A DNA stretch of 64,000 nucleotides from Haliotis rubra (Eukaryota), in NCBI RefSeq assembly GCF_003918875.1, contig NW_025765503.1:1550001-1614000 (forward strand), in the 5' to 3' direction. Below the pieces are notes generated by a model, which worked only from the letters and a program-made list of their open reading frames with translations, did not search any database and was not told the DNA's origin. Of this stretch, positions 10,750 to 22,830 are shown piece by piece. Both the position numbers and the translations under genes were made by a program. Numbering within the stretch: position 1 is the stretch's first letter; every line of letters begins with the position of its first letter.

Positions 10750-13596
10750 TCATTTCAGGACATTGTTGCTGCTGAAGACTCCTAGGGGGGCTGGTTGAGT
10801 GTGCTGTCTTAATTGTGTCATTTCAAGACACACTTGTCTTGGTGGTGCTTGCCTCCGCCTTCCTCCTAATCGGTGTCCTTGTCTCCTCCTCCAAAGCCCC
10901 CAGCCAGTGCCTCCTCCGACAAAGGCGACTAGCAAGATGACAAAGGTGGTAACTGAAAAAGTAAAAAAAGCAGATAGTTATACCAAGGATTCTTGTTAAG
11001 TTAATACAAAGTTGGTTTGGGATTTTGCTATTTCACTTGAAAATTATACTTACTTAGTTTTCGCTATTGGTCTTTGCCTAATTTGCTACTTTTTACATGC
11101 ATAAAATGTTTACAAACGTACCAGCAAAGGGGTCATAACCATCATCGTCTTCGTCATCATCATCAGCAGCAGCAGCAGCATCATCAACATCGTCATCATC
11201 ATCTTCACCATCATGATTATAAAAATAGTGGAAAGGATCTGAAGGGGAGAGAGGAGGGGAAAAGGTTAACAGGATAGGATGCCTAACATAAATTATATTA
11301 TAATAGAAATTACAATTGATGAGAAACAAGTTAACTTATAGAAATTGGATTATGTAAAATTGAATATAGAAAATGTGAGAACACAAATATTAACTTATAG
11401 ATGGGAAACAGTGTCTTTGTAAATTGGATTATCCATAAGAACAAATGCTTTTTTTGCTTTCTTTTTAGATTTAACATATTTATGATATAAAATTAGTATA
11501 AAGATAACAATAACAATAAAAGTACCTATTACAGAACTGGCAATCACAGCGCTGTTAGCTGACTTAGTAGAAGTGGAATTAAGGGGAACAGTTGGGAGAG
11601 AGTGATGTATAGAAGTATAGTTGTGTGAAGAAGGTGTAACTGTAGATGTAACTGCAGTGGTATGATTAGGATTTGTTCTGATAACATGTGAACTAGTGTA
11701 GATAGGGTGGGGTGTAGGGTAGGGGGTGTGCCATTGGGTATTGAGTGCAGTATGTGTGTAGATAGATGTTGTACATAGTGTAAGACTCTGGTTGCACAGA
11801 GTGATAGTAGGTGTAAGCTTTGTGTGGGTAGGGTAGGTGGAGGGGGTAGGTGCAATATGTGTGTAAATAGATGTTGTAAAGATAGGTTATAGGTGGATGG
11901 TTCTAGACTATGGTTGTGAGAGACTGATAGTTAGACTAGGTGTAAGCTTTGTGTAGGGTAGGTGGAGGTAATATGAGTTTGATTGTAATGAGGTTGAGAG
12001 GAGAATAGGTGTGGGCACAGAAGGTTGAGACACTGTAAGGTGAGAAAGTTAGTAATACTTAAGAGTTATATTTCATATTAAAACAACTTTACAACTGAAA
12101 TTTAATAATAACTAATCAAAATATACATTCATAATATTAAAAGGTGCATTATCTTTCTTTGAAATGGCATTTAATATTGTACTGACTAATATAATTTTAG
12201 CTCTCAAACTTTTGTACACAAATAATGATAATGCCTCATTCATAAAAAAAACAAAAAAAGGTGCATTATCAACAACAGAAGGTAAATGTTGTGAACATGA
12301 TGAACAGAAGGTATAAAGTTATGATAAAACTATCAACTCAGAACATAGTGTTAGTGATACAGAGATGCCAACCCTCCAGTATAGCTTACTGCACAAATTT
12401 CACTTACCTCTACGACTGTGGTGATAAAAAAAGACCGGAAACTACACGCGAAAATTATACCGTTGTGTTTTACGAAAACATAACATTGTGTTGCAAAAGC
12501 ATACACGGAAACATTGTGTGTGATGACAGCATACCACCCACGTGACGATGTTTGATGTAAATTAGACTACTGTAATTATTGAGTATAGTAGCATTAGATG
12601 ACACCCATGGCAAAAGATATAACATATGCACCTCCATGTTCAAAACTACCAGAGTCTGTGTCTGTGAGCCTGTTTGACAGGAAGTACGAGAGGAAATATA
12701 CAACGTGATGATCCCTGTGAAGGTTGTAATAGTTAAATAAATATATAAAAAAAAATATTATTAAGCTACGCAGGATTCATTTATCAATTCATTTAATCAA
12801 TGAAGCAGTTCATGCGACAACTCGATTATATGGATATTTTTGTTTATATTGCATGAGAGCATTATGGCTGACCTTTGACACTGCGTGTCAACACCGTGTG
12901 TGGTAGTAATCTGAAATCAGGTTACGCTTGAGTGATTTACTGCATAAGAAGCCAGAGTGTTTTTTTAAGCTTGTGCCTAACTAAATGAAACCGGTTTTAA
13001 GCTACTATCAACACGATCTATGGTGACATATGTAAACAGACATTTAGCATTTTTCTAACGGAAGATACTTGTCATAGCAGAAACGTGATGTATTTTATTT
13101 GTGAAGGGTTGGCACCGCTGCACTAACAGTTGAAGCATGCATAAACATTCATTCAGTACTTACCGTTCACGTTGCAACGTTCCCCGTTGACAGTGATTCC
13201 ATGCTTGGGTGGGGTTAGAACACTACGACATGTAGCTAATCCTCCACGTATTAGCTGTAATATTAAGTTATATTAAGTTTTATAATTATAAGGGTATTAT
13301 TTTACAAAGAAATTGATTTGAGATAAGTTAAAACTATTTTTATAAGTTCAAATACAGAACATATATTAACTCACCAAAAGCCTTGGGAACAGAGAGGCAC
13401 TGATCAATAGGTGATCAGCGGTGCCGATTAGATGAATGACTCGGACTGTGGGGTAGGGAGAGCCTGATAGATGGGTCAATGTACCCCCGCCTGCAGATTT
13501 ACAAGCGAGGGTAACTCCAGAGCTTATACATTTCTCGGCAAATTCATTGCCAGAAACAACACAACATAAAATGGAAATGACAAGAAGCCCTCTCAT
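10750..13596 (-). CDS. Predicted 5-exon type I membrane glycoprotein (signal peptide, Cys domain, mucin-like stalk, acidic patch, TM, basic tail); exon 3 has two in-frame stops, so possibly a pseudogene
   Basis: Exons 13596-13375, 13254-13164, 12032-11526, 11238-11122, 10952-10750, all with GT/AG sites and compatible phases (0,1,1,1), 380 codons in total. GCCATG start, MRGLLVISILCCVVSG signal, TM FAVTTFVILLVAFVGGGTGWGLW then RRRQ. Stops at 11910 and 11889. Confidence 0.65.
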
Positions 13597-14089
13597 GGCG
13601 AGCGCAATTTGACGCATGATCATACCTTTTAACCGTCGCGTATTGTATTTGTGCCAAATTAATCTGTTAACCAATGAAAATGATTGTCACATGGATTGCA
13701 CGTGCGGACGAGAGTGTAAAGGTTAAAGGGAACGAATATGATATAATGGGAAGAATTTGACAATATTATGATAACAATAAGTTTATAATTTAGGTCAAAG
13801 AGACTTGCTACTTTTCACCATGTTGTCGGGGCAATTTCTGCCAAAACAATATTAGGAAATAGTAAATGAGGTGATAATTGACAAGTGTGACACGCGGTCA
13901 GCATTGTGTGTGATAAGATGATGACACACTGACCTGAGTGCTTAGACGAATATAGTGAGACAAATATTATAAACATGTTACGAGAGATAGTGACATATAT
14001 TGTGATGAATACATAAGATATTTACAAAATTATAAAGAATTTAAAGATGACTTTATAGATGGATAGATTACTTCTAATTATACTCACCA

Positions 14090-14437
14090 CTAATGCCGCT
14101 TAACGCAGTATGTGCTTAACATCATCAAGATCTGAATAACTTCCAATTTCGATAATACTACTGCTTTATCGGAATGTATCTGAGTTATTGTTACAGATGA
14201 TGTTTTAGAGGAATAATTAAAATTAATTTCGCAAGGAAGACGCTCGCAAAACAAAAAAAATGAATTTAGAGAATAAGGCAAAGTTCTGTCTTCCAAATTT
14301 GTAATAGTGCTAACTAAATGATTAAAAGTTTCTTTCAGTACGGAAGCTTTAAAATGTGAACAAAATGTAATGGATTTTCCGGATTTAGAAATTTGAAAAT
14401 GTTCTGTAATAGGCGAATAACTCAGATAAGCATTCAT
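14090..14437 (-). CDS. Hypothetical Polinton accessory protein, paralog A
   Basis: 115-aa ATG ORF, TATA ~40 nt upstream, splice donor GTGAGT just after the stop. Weak colinear similarity to 14857-15234. Confidence 0.55.
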   Translation of the reverse strand: MNAYLSYSPITEHFQISKSGKSITFCSHFKASVLKETFNHLVSTITNLEDRTLPYSLNSFFLFCERLPCEINFNYSSKTSSVTITQIHSDKAVVLSKLEVIQILMMLSTYCVKRH

Positions 14438-14856
14438 AGCGAAATGCTGAAGTTGGAGAGGTGAACATGTTCTCTTATAAAGCTGTTAGAATAAATTCAT
14501 CAGAGTGAAAGATGAACGCGATTTGCGATTGGACAAGCACTATATGAAAAGATACGCCCTAACTGTGTATATGTAAGTATATAAAATATTAGCAATGGTT
14601 CAAAGGCCTGATATGTTTTATGCGCATGTAAAAGAGTAAGACAAGATATATATTTTTAAGTTATTTAAAACAATGATTCAATATTATAAAAGGCTTACCT
14701 AAGGAGAAGTTGAATTATTAGAGAAAATGTTACATTTAATTAAAACCTGTTTCAAAATGTGTTTGGTAGTAAATGAAAGAATTAAAAGACAAAAATAGGT
14801 AACAGAAAAATAAAGTGATTACATATAATTAGAATATTACAGATAATTACTAACCT

Positions 14857-15234
14857 TTAGTAGAGGCTTGTATAACTGTGGAGCTCCTCTTGTTGCGATT
14901 CACACTCCCAACTTATGATGTCCGAAATAATGGCTTTAATGGCTCGGTGATTAATTGTTATCATAGAATTTTGAAAAGTTATATCTAAAAGTTCCGTTTT
15001 TGCATCAAAATTAAAACATGACTGGCATGTTTTGCCTAAACAAAAGGTTATTTTTTTTTCGTTAAAGTTGGGTTCTAGATTAAATTCGAGGTATAATTTA
15101 TGACATGACAAAATATACTTTAGAATATTTTTGAATTTCTTTCGTAAGTGTTCACAAATGAAAATTTCAGTGTTATTGCTCATAAAACAAAATTTTGGAA
15201 CCGTGGAAGTTTGATGGATATCGAAGAGCGCCAT
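14857..15234 (-). CDS. Hypothetical Polinton accessory protein, paralog B
   Basis: 125-aa ATG ORF, TATATA ~40 nt upstream, donor-like AG|GTTAGT after the stop. Cys/His spacing shared with paralog A. Confidence 0.55.
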   Translation of the reverse strand: MALFDIHQTSTVPKFCFMSNNTEIFICEHLRKKFKNILKYILSCHKLYLEFNLEPNFNEKKITFCLGKTCQSCFNFDAKTELLDITFQNSMITINHRAIKAIISDIISWECESQQEELHSYTSLY

Positions 15235-15822
15235 AGCATATGAACAGAGCTATACTCTAAGTTGAGGTGTATATAGGGGCTATTTTTAAATTCATTGATT
15301 ATGGCATTGAAAGGGATATTTCTAAAGAAAATATGAATGTTATAAGAAAATGCTGCAGAAGAGGTGAGTGGTGGCAGGCCTTTAATTTGAACAAAGTTAG
15401 ATAGTAGGTGAACGGTGACAGACATTTGATTTGAACAAGGTTAGATATTTCATTTGCGTTAGGTTAGTAAATACTGAAAATGATTGTATTTCTATGGAAT
15501 ATTGTGTTGAAGGTGACAACTGAAGTGTTTTGAATGCCCATAGGGCAGGGTACATTTATAAGCGTAGATTTGAATTATTTCCCAACGTTATTATGCATTA
15601 GCTATGTGATATACAGATAACTCCGTGAGAAAAAATGTATTTTATAAAAGATGATGAAGGTACTACTGAAAGATAATAGTTACACGTGATGTACAGATGA
15701 ATAGATAATGCAAGGTGTGACTTGATGAATGGGATAAACGTGTTTATTTTGTTTGAATGAGAAGTAATAATAACGGTATACAACCTGACGAAATATTGGG
15801 AATGTAGAGAGAAGACGAAACG

Positions 15823-16272
15823 ATGTCGCAAGAGGAGTTTCTGAGAGTTTTAGGTTTAAACGCAGTAACTAAATTGAGTACTTCAGAAAATAAGCCACTA
15901 ATTAAAGAAACAAAAATATTAACTGATAAACAGATAGACATTTTGGAAAGACTTCGACTTGTAAAAATAAATGATAAAAGAAAAGAATTGGATAATTTTA
16001 AAAGAAAAAGACTAATAAGGTGGAGAAAAGAATACAAGATCATTCAAGAAAAAGAAAGGAAAGAAGAACAAAGGAGAGAAAGACAGCGGAGAAAAGAAGA
16101 AAGAGAAGAAAGAGAGAGGAAAAAAGGAGAGAGAGAGGAAAGAGAGAGAGAAGAAAGAGAGAAAGAAAAGGAGCAAAGGCAGTGTGGTGAATGTGTGATA
16201 AGACTAAAACACATTAACATACAAACTGAAATATTAAAGTTACACTGCAAACCATGCATCGTGCAACTTTAG
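15823..16272 (+). CDS. Charged (E/R/K) coiled-coil protein with two C-terminal CxxC-(V/I)-x-x-L motifs
   Basis: 149-aa ORF with ERKEE-rich centre, CGECVIRL and CKPCIVQL; AG|GTAAGT donor at the stop. Confidence 0.55.
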   Translation: MSQEEFLRVLGLNAVTKLSTSENKPLIKETKILTDKQIDILERLRLVKINDKRKELDNFKRKRLIRWRKEYKIIQEKERKEEQRRERQRRKEEREERERKKGEREEREREEREKEKEQRQCGECVIRLKHINIQTEILKLHCKPCIVQL

Positions 16273-16582
16273 GTAAGTTTGACTTTTCTACTTTTACTTT
16301 GAAATGTATATCTATTTTGATGGGTATGGAATTACATATATTGATTACAGGAATATATTTATTTGAAACATAAAGCAAGAGTAAGCTCCACATTAGGTGA
16401 CATTTTAATTAGTTTAAAACGATTTATTTTGAAAGGCGCAACTTTGAGTAAAACATGAGCTATGTCATTGCACGTGGAGTAGAACTGTTATTATTTGATT
16501 GGTTGACACGCTTACCTAGTTGGAATACCTGGATTTAAATGTATACTGGAAAGGAATGTTATTGTATCATGACAGCATACTA

Positions 16583-16854
16583 CCTCCACAGTTATGCCAA
16601 GTATTTTCATTGTGGAGCAACAATCTACTCCACACTGCTCCACAGTTATGTAAAATATTTCCATTGTTTAAGTGTGGAGCAAGCATCTGCTCCACACTGC
16701 TCTACACGACTCCACACTGCTCCACAGTTATGCTATTGTTTGGGAGATGGAATGTCTTTTGTTGGGTTCAGGAATGCTATTGTTTAGCTTGGAATGCTAT
16801 TGTGTAGCGCATATTTTCCATTGTGTGGCTATGACTGTGTACTTTCTTACTACT
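16583..16854. repeat. Polinton subterminal repeats and right terminus (presumed TIR end)
   Basis: Iterated CTCCACACTGCTCCACAGTTATG and TATTTTCCATTGT units ending in ACTACT. The next 6 bp, GAAATT, are the predicted TSD. Confidence 0.7.
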
Positions 16855-19494
16855 GAAATTTTCAAAATGAAATTTCATGGATTCTTACTCATGTTCTATG
16901 GGTCAATGGACTCGACACGGGAAGGCAAACCTTAGATCGTAAATTATTGCACTAACTTTAATGTAGACTTGAGACATTAAAACTCACTGTTACGGTTAAA
17001 TGCACAATTGCATACTCAAAGGTAACACTAAGTTTTAAGTGAAACATAAACTGACTGTTTCGGTAATTATATAATACACGCAATGAAAACTTTAGATTGA
17101 TCTATTAACGCTTGTGAAGTGATAGAAGTAAACGTGAAAGAAATTAATGTAGAACATATATTCAGAATATATGATCATTCAAATAATTAACCATGCCTTT
17201 ACCTCCATATAAGTTATACTGTATTTGCAAATATCATAAAATGTATTGAACGAAGAAGAATAAAGGAAACCTCTTTGGAATATTATATTTTTATACTAAG
17301 TCACGGGTAACATAAACAGTACAAATCTTCTAGCTAACTTAAACAACTTTTTAACTGTATCTCGGATTTAAATATAAATAGCCTAAATGTCAGTTCCTAC
17401 CATGGTTAGTTAAAAGAGAGTCACTTTAGGATTAGGAACAAAATGCTGCAAATACATTTGTCACGACATCTCCTGATCAGTTGCGTTTTGTTATATCTGT
17501 TTGTTTGTTTTTAAATTTTGTTATTTAAATATTCGAAGCACATAATTCTGCGTTAAATTCCTTGTTCAATGAATAGTTCGCCGTCAGGCATGTCAGTTTC
17601 CCTTTTGTCTTTAGTTACATTCACGTTTTCAGCTGGAAGATAAGGTGAACGGTTCTCACATTCAGACTGAAAGGCTTTAGAAGAAGCTTGTTGAAGAGGA
17701 GAATGGTATGAGACTGATGAGTAATTTGGATAAGATGTGCGCTACATAAACACAGGGGTTAATAGGAGGCATCTTCACGTATCTACTAAAGTATCCACAT
17801 AATAAAAGTAGTGAAATGAAAACAAAACGTGTTAACTATATTTGAATGTAGCTACAATGCTAACTGAAATAATAATTATGAAAATACCTTATTCATTCAT
17901 TGTTTGTTGGGGTTTCTTTTCGAATTCACAACGTTGCAATTCGTGTGCGATAGTTAGGCCCGCCGCTAAGCTTCTTAAGCCTCCTGTAGGGATAAATTCA
18001 ATTTTAACTTCAACGGTGCATAAAATTGTCATAAGGATTGCATAAACCTCACTCCCTATATCTCTTATCTCAGTAGGGGGTGTGAATCGCTTTATTGTAT
18101 GCGTTATTTATATTAGTCTTTAATCTATCTCAAGAATAATGCATAACGCAAAATGTGGGTAATAGTGGCGAATGATGAGCGGCAAACTTGGGTTTATGAG
18201 AAACATTTTGGAAATCACTTGGGCTAACTGGTGCTTTATAACCAACATTTATTAGTTAGCAAGGCAAAATCAACAATTCCATTGATTCAAAGCTCTTATT
18301 CGAACATCATTTGATCATTCTCTAAACCAGAGACCATATCAAATCTTATTATCTGGATAAAAGATCGAAAAATACTTTGAAAGAATAATGTCTTAAGTCG
18401 TAATAAAAGTACATTATGTGTGATTCTGTTCATTGTTATACGTGTAAAACAGTCGATATATCAGCCTTAATTCTAAATTACAGTACACATTGTCATGCAT
18501 TATATGCTATTAGTAAACACTTGTAATTGCGTGAAGTAAAACATATTCAATATCTTCAAAGCTTTAACATCACATGACCACGAACTGAAAATGTAATGAC
18601 ATCTATTAAATGTACACACAAAATAAAGTTTGGTCTCAGTTTGAATAAGCACAATAATTTCTCATGTAAAACAATATATTTGTTTGAAAACTTTACTTTT
18701 ATATTCATATTTCACTTTTAAAGCAATACAGGTTTATAAGTATTGACATACGTGTCATTTAATTTTGTCTTTTTCTCTGTTTCATGTTATGTGACAGACT
18801 CAGGTTCATTAAAAAGAATATGACATCAGTACAACATACGTCATGGCGTTTTCTAGAAATAAGAAGAAAATAGGTTAATGTCTTCTTCTCGAAATACATT
18901 GTCCTTTATTTGCGTCACATTTACCATGAATGCATTAACAATCAAGAACCCCTAAGGGAAAATGTATTCAATTTCTGATCATCAAAGTTAGCACCATTCA
19001 TTTGCATTCACATCTTCATCTAATTGTCCTTGGTTTTCATACGCTTTTTCACATGTGTCACTTTCTTTTTGCTTACCTCTGATTATAATTTTTCGCATAT
19101 CTTTATTTTAGTGGATTTGTGGTAAATGTCTCCTCCAACAGTGAAATACCATCAAATGTGTGTCAACTTCCTTTCAGTGAACAGTCTATATATTTTGATA
19201 TATGTAGTGTTTTGAACAAATTGGAACATTAATAACACCGATCAATACTAAACAGGTTTGGTGCTTCATATGAAATGTGTTTTGACCTCCTTTGTAAATA
19301 TAGGAGAGTGTTAACATTATGTGCCTGACCAAATGACAACGTGATAATCAGAGAGAAACTGTCAAAACAATAAGATTGATTCCTATTTCAGTGGTGAAAT
19401 ATGCGCTTTGTTTCTTCAAGTCATTGTTTGGTTGATTCCGACTGATGGTATGAATAATGCTGTAAGTAACTGTTCAAGCGGTCGTCACTGATAC

Positions 19495-19565
19495 GGTCAC
19501 GTGGTACACATAAAACGGTATAACGGCGCGGAGTACCCACGTGACCCCTGAAAATAGGTATATAT
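19495..19565 (+). promoter_or_regulatory. Gene 1 promoter: inverted E-box pair plus TATA
   Basis: GGTCACGTGG 19495, CCACGTGACC 19537, TATATA 19559; ATG 77 nt after TATA. Confidence 0.75.
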
Positions 19566-19635
19566 GGAGGCCACCTTATAGTGACAGTATCAGTCATTTC
19601 ATCACTAGTGTATCGTCTAGTCAAGTCTGTTCATC

Positions 19636-20694
19636 ATGAAGGTAATACAAATCTGCATGGTTTCTATATCTTATGAGGAAAGTGTTTCTTGGTGGAATTT
19701 GGTGATTCTGAAAATGATTCTTATGTTGATGAAAACCATCGAATGATAAGATACATAGAATTATACGTGAATCAGCTCAGTAATGAAATATCGTTTAGTC
19801 GATTGCTGGTTACTCTATACCATTCCATGTGAAATGGCGGTATTCTTCTTATGAACAGGAACATATCAATTGTCTCCAAAACGACATGTGTCATAGACAA
19901 ATTTATTGAACTGTTTTCATTTTCTGTCTTCATTATCACAGAGACTTGGATTACTAACAAGTTATTCACAGAAGTACATTACTGGTTTGTTTGATGCAGA
20001 TTAACATGAGCCAGGTTCGGATATTTAAAAAAATGATAATAATATAAGAACTGTATTCAAGGCTACTTGTCTGTCATGGTTTTTTTTATTCGAACATCAG
20101 TCAAATAACATGCTTACTATTGGACACATCATACCAACAAATTTTCCTCAATTGAGTTATTCTAATTTCAACTAATTTTGGTTTCAGTTCGTCGTCGCTG
20201 TTTTGTCCGTGATGGTCTGCTCTGCCATGGCCCAGGTACCTCTCCTTGGTAAAGGAGCTGGAAATTTCGGCGTTGGCTTCAACAATGGACATATTGCTGG
20301 TAAAGGCTATGGCTACAACCCATACAATAACTATGGCTACAGTGGATACGGTAACGGTAAAGGTGTTGGCAACGTTGGCGTTGCTGGTACAGGCTATGAC
20401 TACAACCCCTACAACAACATTTATGGGTACAACGGCTATGGCTACGGTAAAGGCGTTGGTAACATTGGTGTTGGCAAAGCTTACGGAAACGGCTATATCC
20501 CCTACAACTACAACAACAATGGCTACGGCAAAGGTGTTGGCACATTCGTAGCTGGACATGGAGCTGGCCTTGTAGGACACGGACCAGTCGTTGGACACGG
20601 TCCCTTCATTGCTGGACACGGCCTTTACGGACATGATGGCAGCATTGCTAGACATGGACCTTTCGTCGGAAACGGTGTTTATGGACATGGTTGA
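19636..20694 (+). CDS. Secreted Gly/Tyr/Asn/His-rich structural protein, copy 1 (170 aa)
   Basis: Exon 1 ATGAAG 19636-19641|GT; exon 2 from 20188. MKFVVAVLSVMVCSAMA-Q signal. TGA 20692, then an open tail to TAG 20760. AATAAA 20825. Confidence 0.88.
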
Positions 20695-21753
20695 CTCTTC
20701 GTTGGTCATGGAGTTGCTGGTTCATTCGTCAACAAAGCCAGTCCGTATTACTACCACTAGAGACATATGCGTACCTGCTTTGTGTTTGAATGTTTTTATA
20801 CTGCATTGATTTGTTCTTTACATCAATAAAATGGATAAAATGTACCTAGCACATCCACGTATTGTGTTCAATCAACGTTAACTATATTGCGTCCGTTTTG
20901 ATCTGAATCTCCATGTAAATTACAATTTAAGTTTCACTAAGGTTCGAAGGAACTTACAGACTGAAGGTGATGGAAAATCAATGCTATAATACTGAGTATT
21001 TTAGTAGAGCAACATCAACGATTAACACCAAGATCATAGAACGTCTCCTGATTATCTTTTTGCATCTGTTGCCATTCACAACTGCACATATTTACTTACA
21101 CACACTCGTATGTAATATTTAGTATTGAGAAGAATGCTAAAATGTTTGAAACCTTTGTATTAAGATCGATTTCCCCAAGCCTCCGCTCCCACTCACGCAC
21201 CCGCGCACCCAGGCATGCACGCATGCACATACACGTGTACGTGCACCTACAAGTGTGGATTGTGTTACATTTACTATTAACGGCATAAGATTGGCATGTA
21301 GTTGCTATAGCAAAACCTATATAAACCTTTTCAGTTTCAAAACTGTTTCTTTGTCAAGTTGTGTTCAAGTAGGATTTTCCTGAAACCATTCGATTTTCGC
21401 GAAATCAAGGTGCAATAAAGTAAACAAGTCCAACCAAGGAGTGAGTACACGGTTATTGCGGTATGATTAGACATGCTATTGATTAAGTTCTGTAGTATTT
21501 GCTTTGTTTTGTAAAACGGAACCATGTGTCTTGCACACCGGAACAACAGAGTATACTTTAAATCTGCGTTCAAGTAAACCACTGACGGAACGATTTTGTT
21601 TACACATTTTTAATATTTAATATAACGGTGTTATGTAGGAATGTTCATATATTGTTTCACTTTCGTACCGATTTAGAGATTCGGAAACAGCTAACATTAG
21701 AAATGAATTTCAAAATATGACAAGGAAAGATAGATGCCACTGCGTCTGTGAGA

Positions 21754-21880
21754 GGGGCATGGGATAACCTAGTGGTTAAAAATTTCACTTATCACGCCGA
21801 GGAGCTTGGCTCCATTGCTCTATTGGGATAATGTGTTATTCCCGGTCGTAACATTGCTGGATTATTGCTAAAAGGGTCAT
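21754..21880 (+). mobile_element. Degenerate tRNA-derived SINE
   Basis: GGGGCATGGGATAACCTAGTGGTTAAA...TCACGCCGA...TTGCTGGATTATTGCTAAAAG, homologous to the SINEs at 34082 and 46928. Confidence 0.6.
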
Positions 21881-22589
21881 AAAATATCTTTCTATAAATA
21901 GAATAAACTGATGACAATGATATTTTCATACGATAAAATATTACAATAACAATTTGAGATTTAGCTGAAAAACACACATCTGCCTGGTCTATTTATCTTC
22001 ACTATTATTTAAGTGAGATTTAAGGCAAGAAGCGGGTGCTACTGGGCATGTTTACACACTAATCGGGAGTACCCAGTATAATCACTGATTTTCTGTGGTT
22101 GATTCACAGCTGTTTTGTTCTTGACCCCAAATGAAATCTGAGGATAGTCAAAACTATTCACATCATTAATTGTTTGATCGGCATTCTAGAAGTTGGAATT
22201 CACACTGAAGGATCAGTGGTAATTCACACTTAGACTTAGGCCTTCCCTTAGCATCAGTTTAATGGATGTCTAAATTAAAATCAACCCTGAATGTAAATTA
22301 TGTACGAGCATACATCGACGATATAAAATCAGTGGTTTATGCTACGTGTTTTTACCACTAAGATGAAGACAAAGCAACAAAAATACAACCTTTCCACATT
22401 CGTAAAAATTATCTGCTGAAAGCATAGTCGATTGTACAATTGCAACTATATCATGAGCATATATTTGTTTCAGCAATATTACAGCTGTGCGATGCTGTTT
22501 GTAAACCAACTGACTCTGGATTAGACAATCCAGTGATTGTCACCATGCGATACGATGACAGGGTGTATGATTCACTATGAAATAGTGAT

Positions 22590-22830
22590 GATATCAGGTG
22601 TTCGCGAAAAGGTGAGCGTATCCTGCCCCACCAGTGGCACCCGTCATAAACATATGCAAAGTCTAGGCAATTGTTCATCTGAAATACCGTACCTGGGAAC
22701 GCATGGAACAAGAATAGGGAATTGCACCAGACATCAAATTTCGAAATGTCCTCCACAACTTTTTGAAAGCTTTACTGAGGCCTTGAATGTTGAAACCTTG
22801 ATCAAACAACTTCTGAGCAAGAGTGGTGTG
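22590..22830 (-). pseudogene. Penelope-like retroelement RT C-terminal relic
   Basis: RHTTLAQKLFDQGFNIQGLSKAFKKLW resembles the RH..L..KL..QG...L...F.K motif of Penelope-like elements (from memory). Confidence 0.45.

Larger units (their letters stand above)
1..16854. mobile_element. Polinton/Maverick (adintovirus-like) endogenous DNA virus, right-hand part; left end lies outside the window
   Basis: Co-located adenain-like protease, A32-like ATPase and protein-primed PolB. Sequence ends ...TTACTACT at 16854 (5'-AGTAGTAAG on the minus strand, the typical Polinton terminus) after short subterminal repeats. From ~16873 the sequence matches the host duplicated unit (compare 23523 and 30733). Integrase and capsid genes are not seen here. 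Confidence 0.92.

Noticed and set aside
11074-11277. Plus-strand His/Gln-rich ORF
   Set aside because: Antisense reading of the Asp/Ala-rich minus-strand exon, which has the splice signals.
12261-12740. Cys-containing plus-strand ORF pieces inside intron 2 of the membrane gene
   Set aside because: Multiple stops, no clear start and no recognisable family; cannot be supported as a gene.
10110-16830. Repeat clusters at 10.1-10.5 kb and 16.6-16.8 kb as CRISPR arrays
   Set aside because: Eukaryotic context, degenerate units, no unique equal-length spacers, no cas genes.
20692-20830. Selenocysteine interpretation of the shared UGA
   Set aside because: The aligned residue is Gly (Glu in copy 8), not Cys, and I could not identify a SECIS in the short 3' UTRs by eye. 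Kept only as a check under the readthrough finding.
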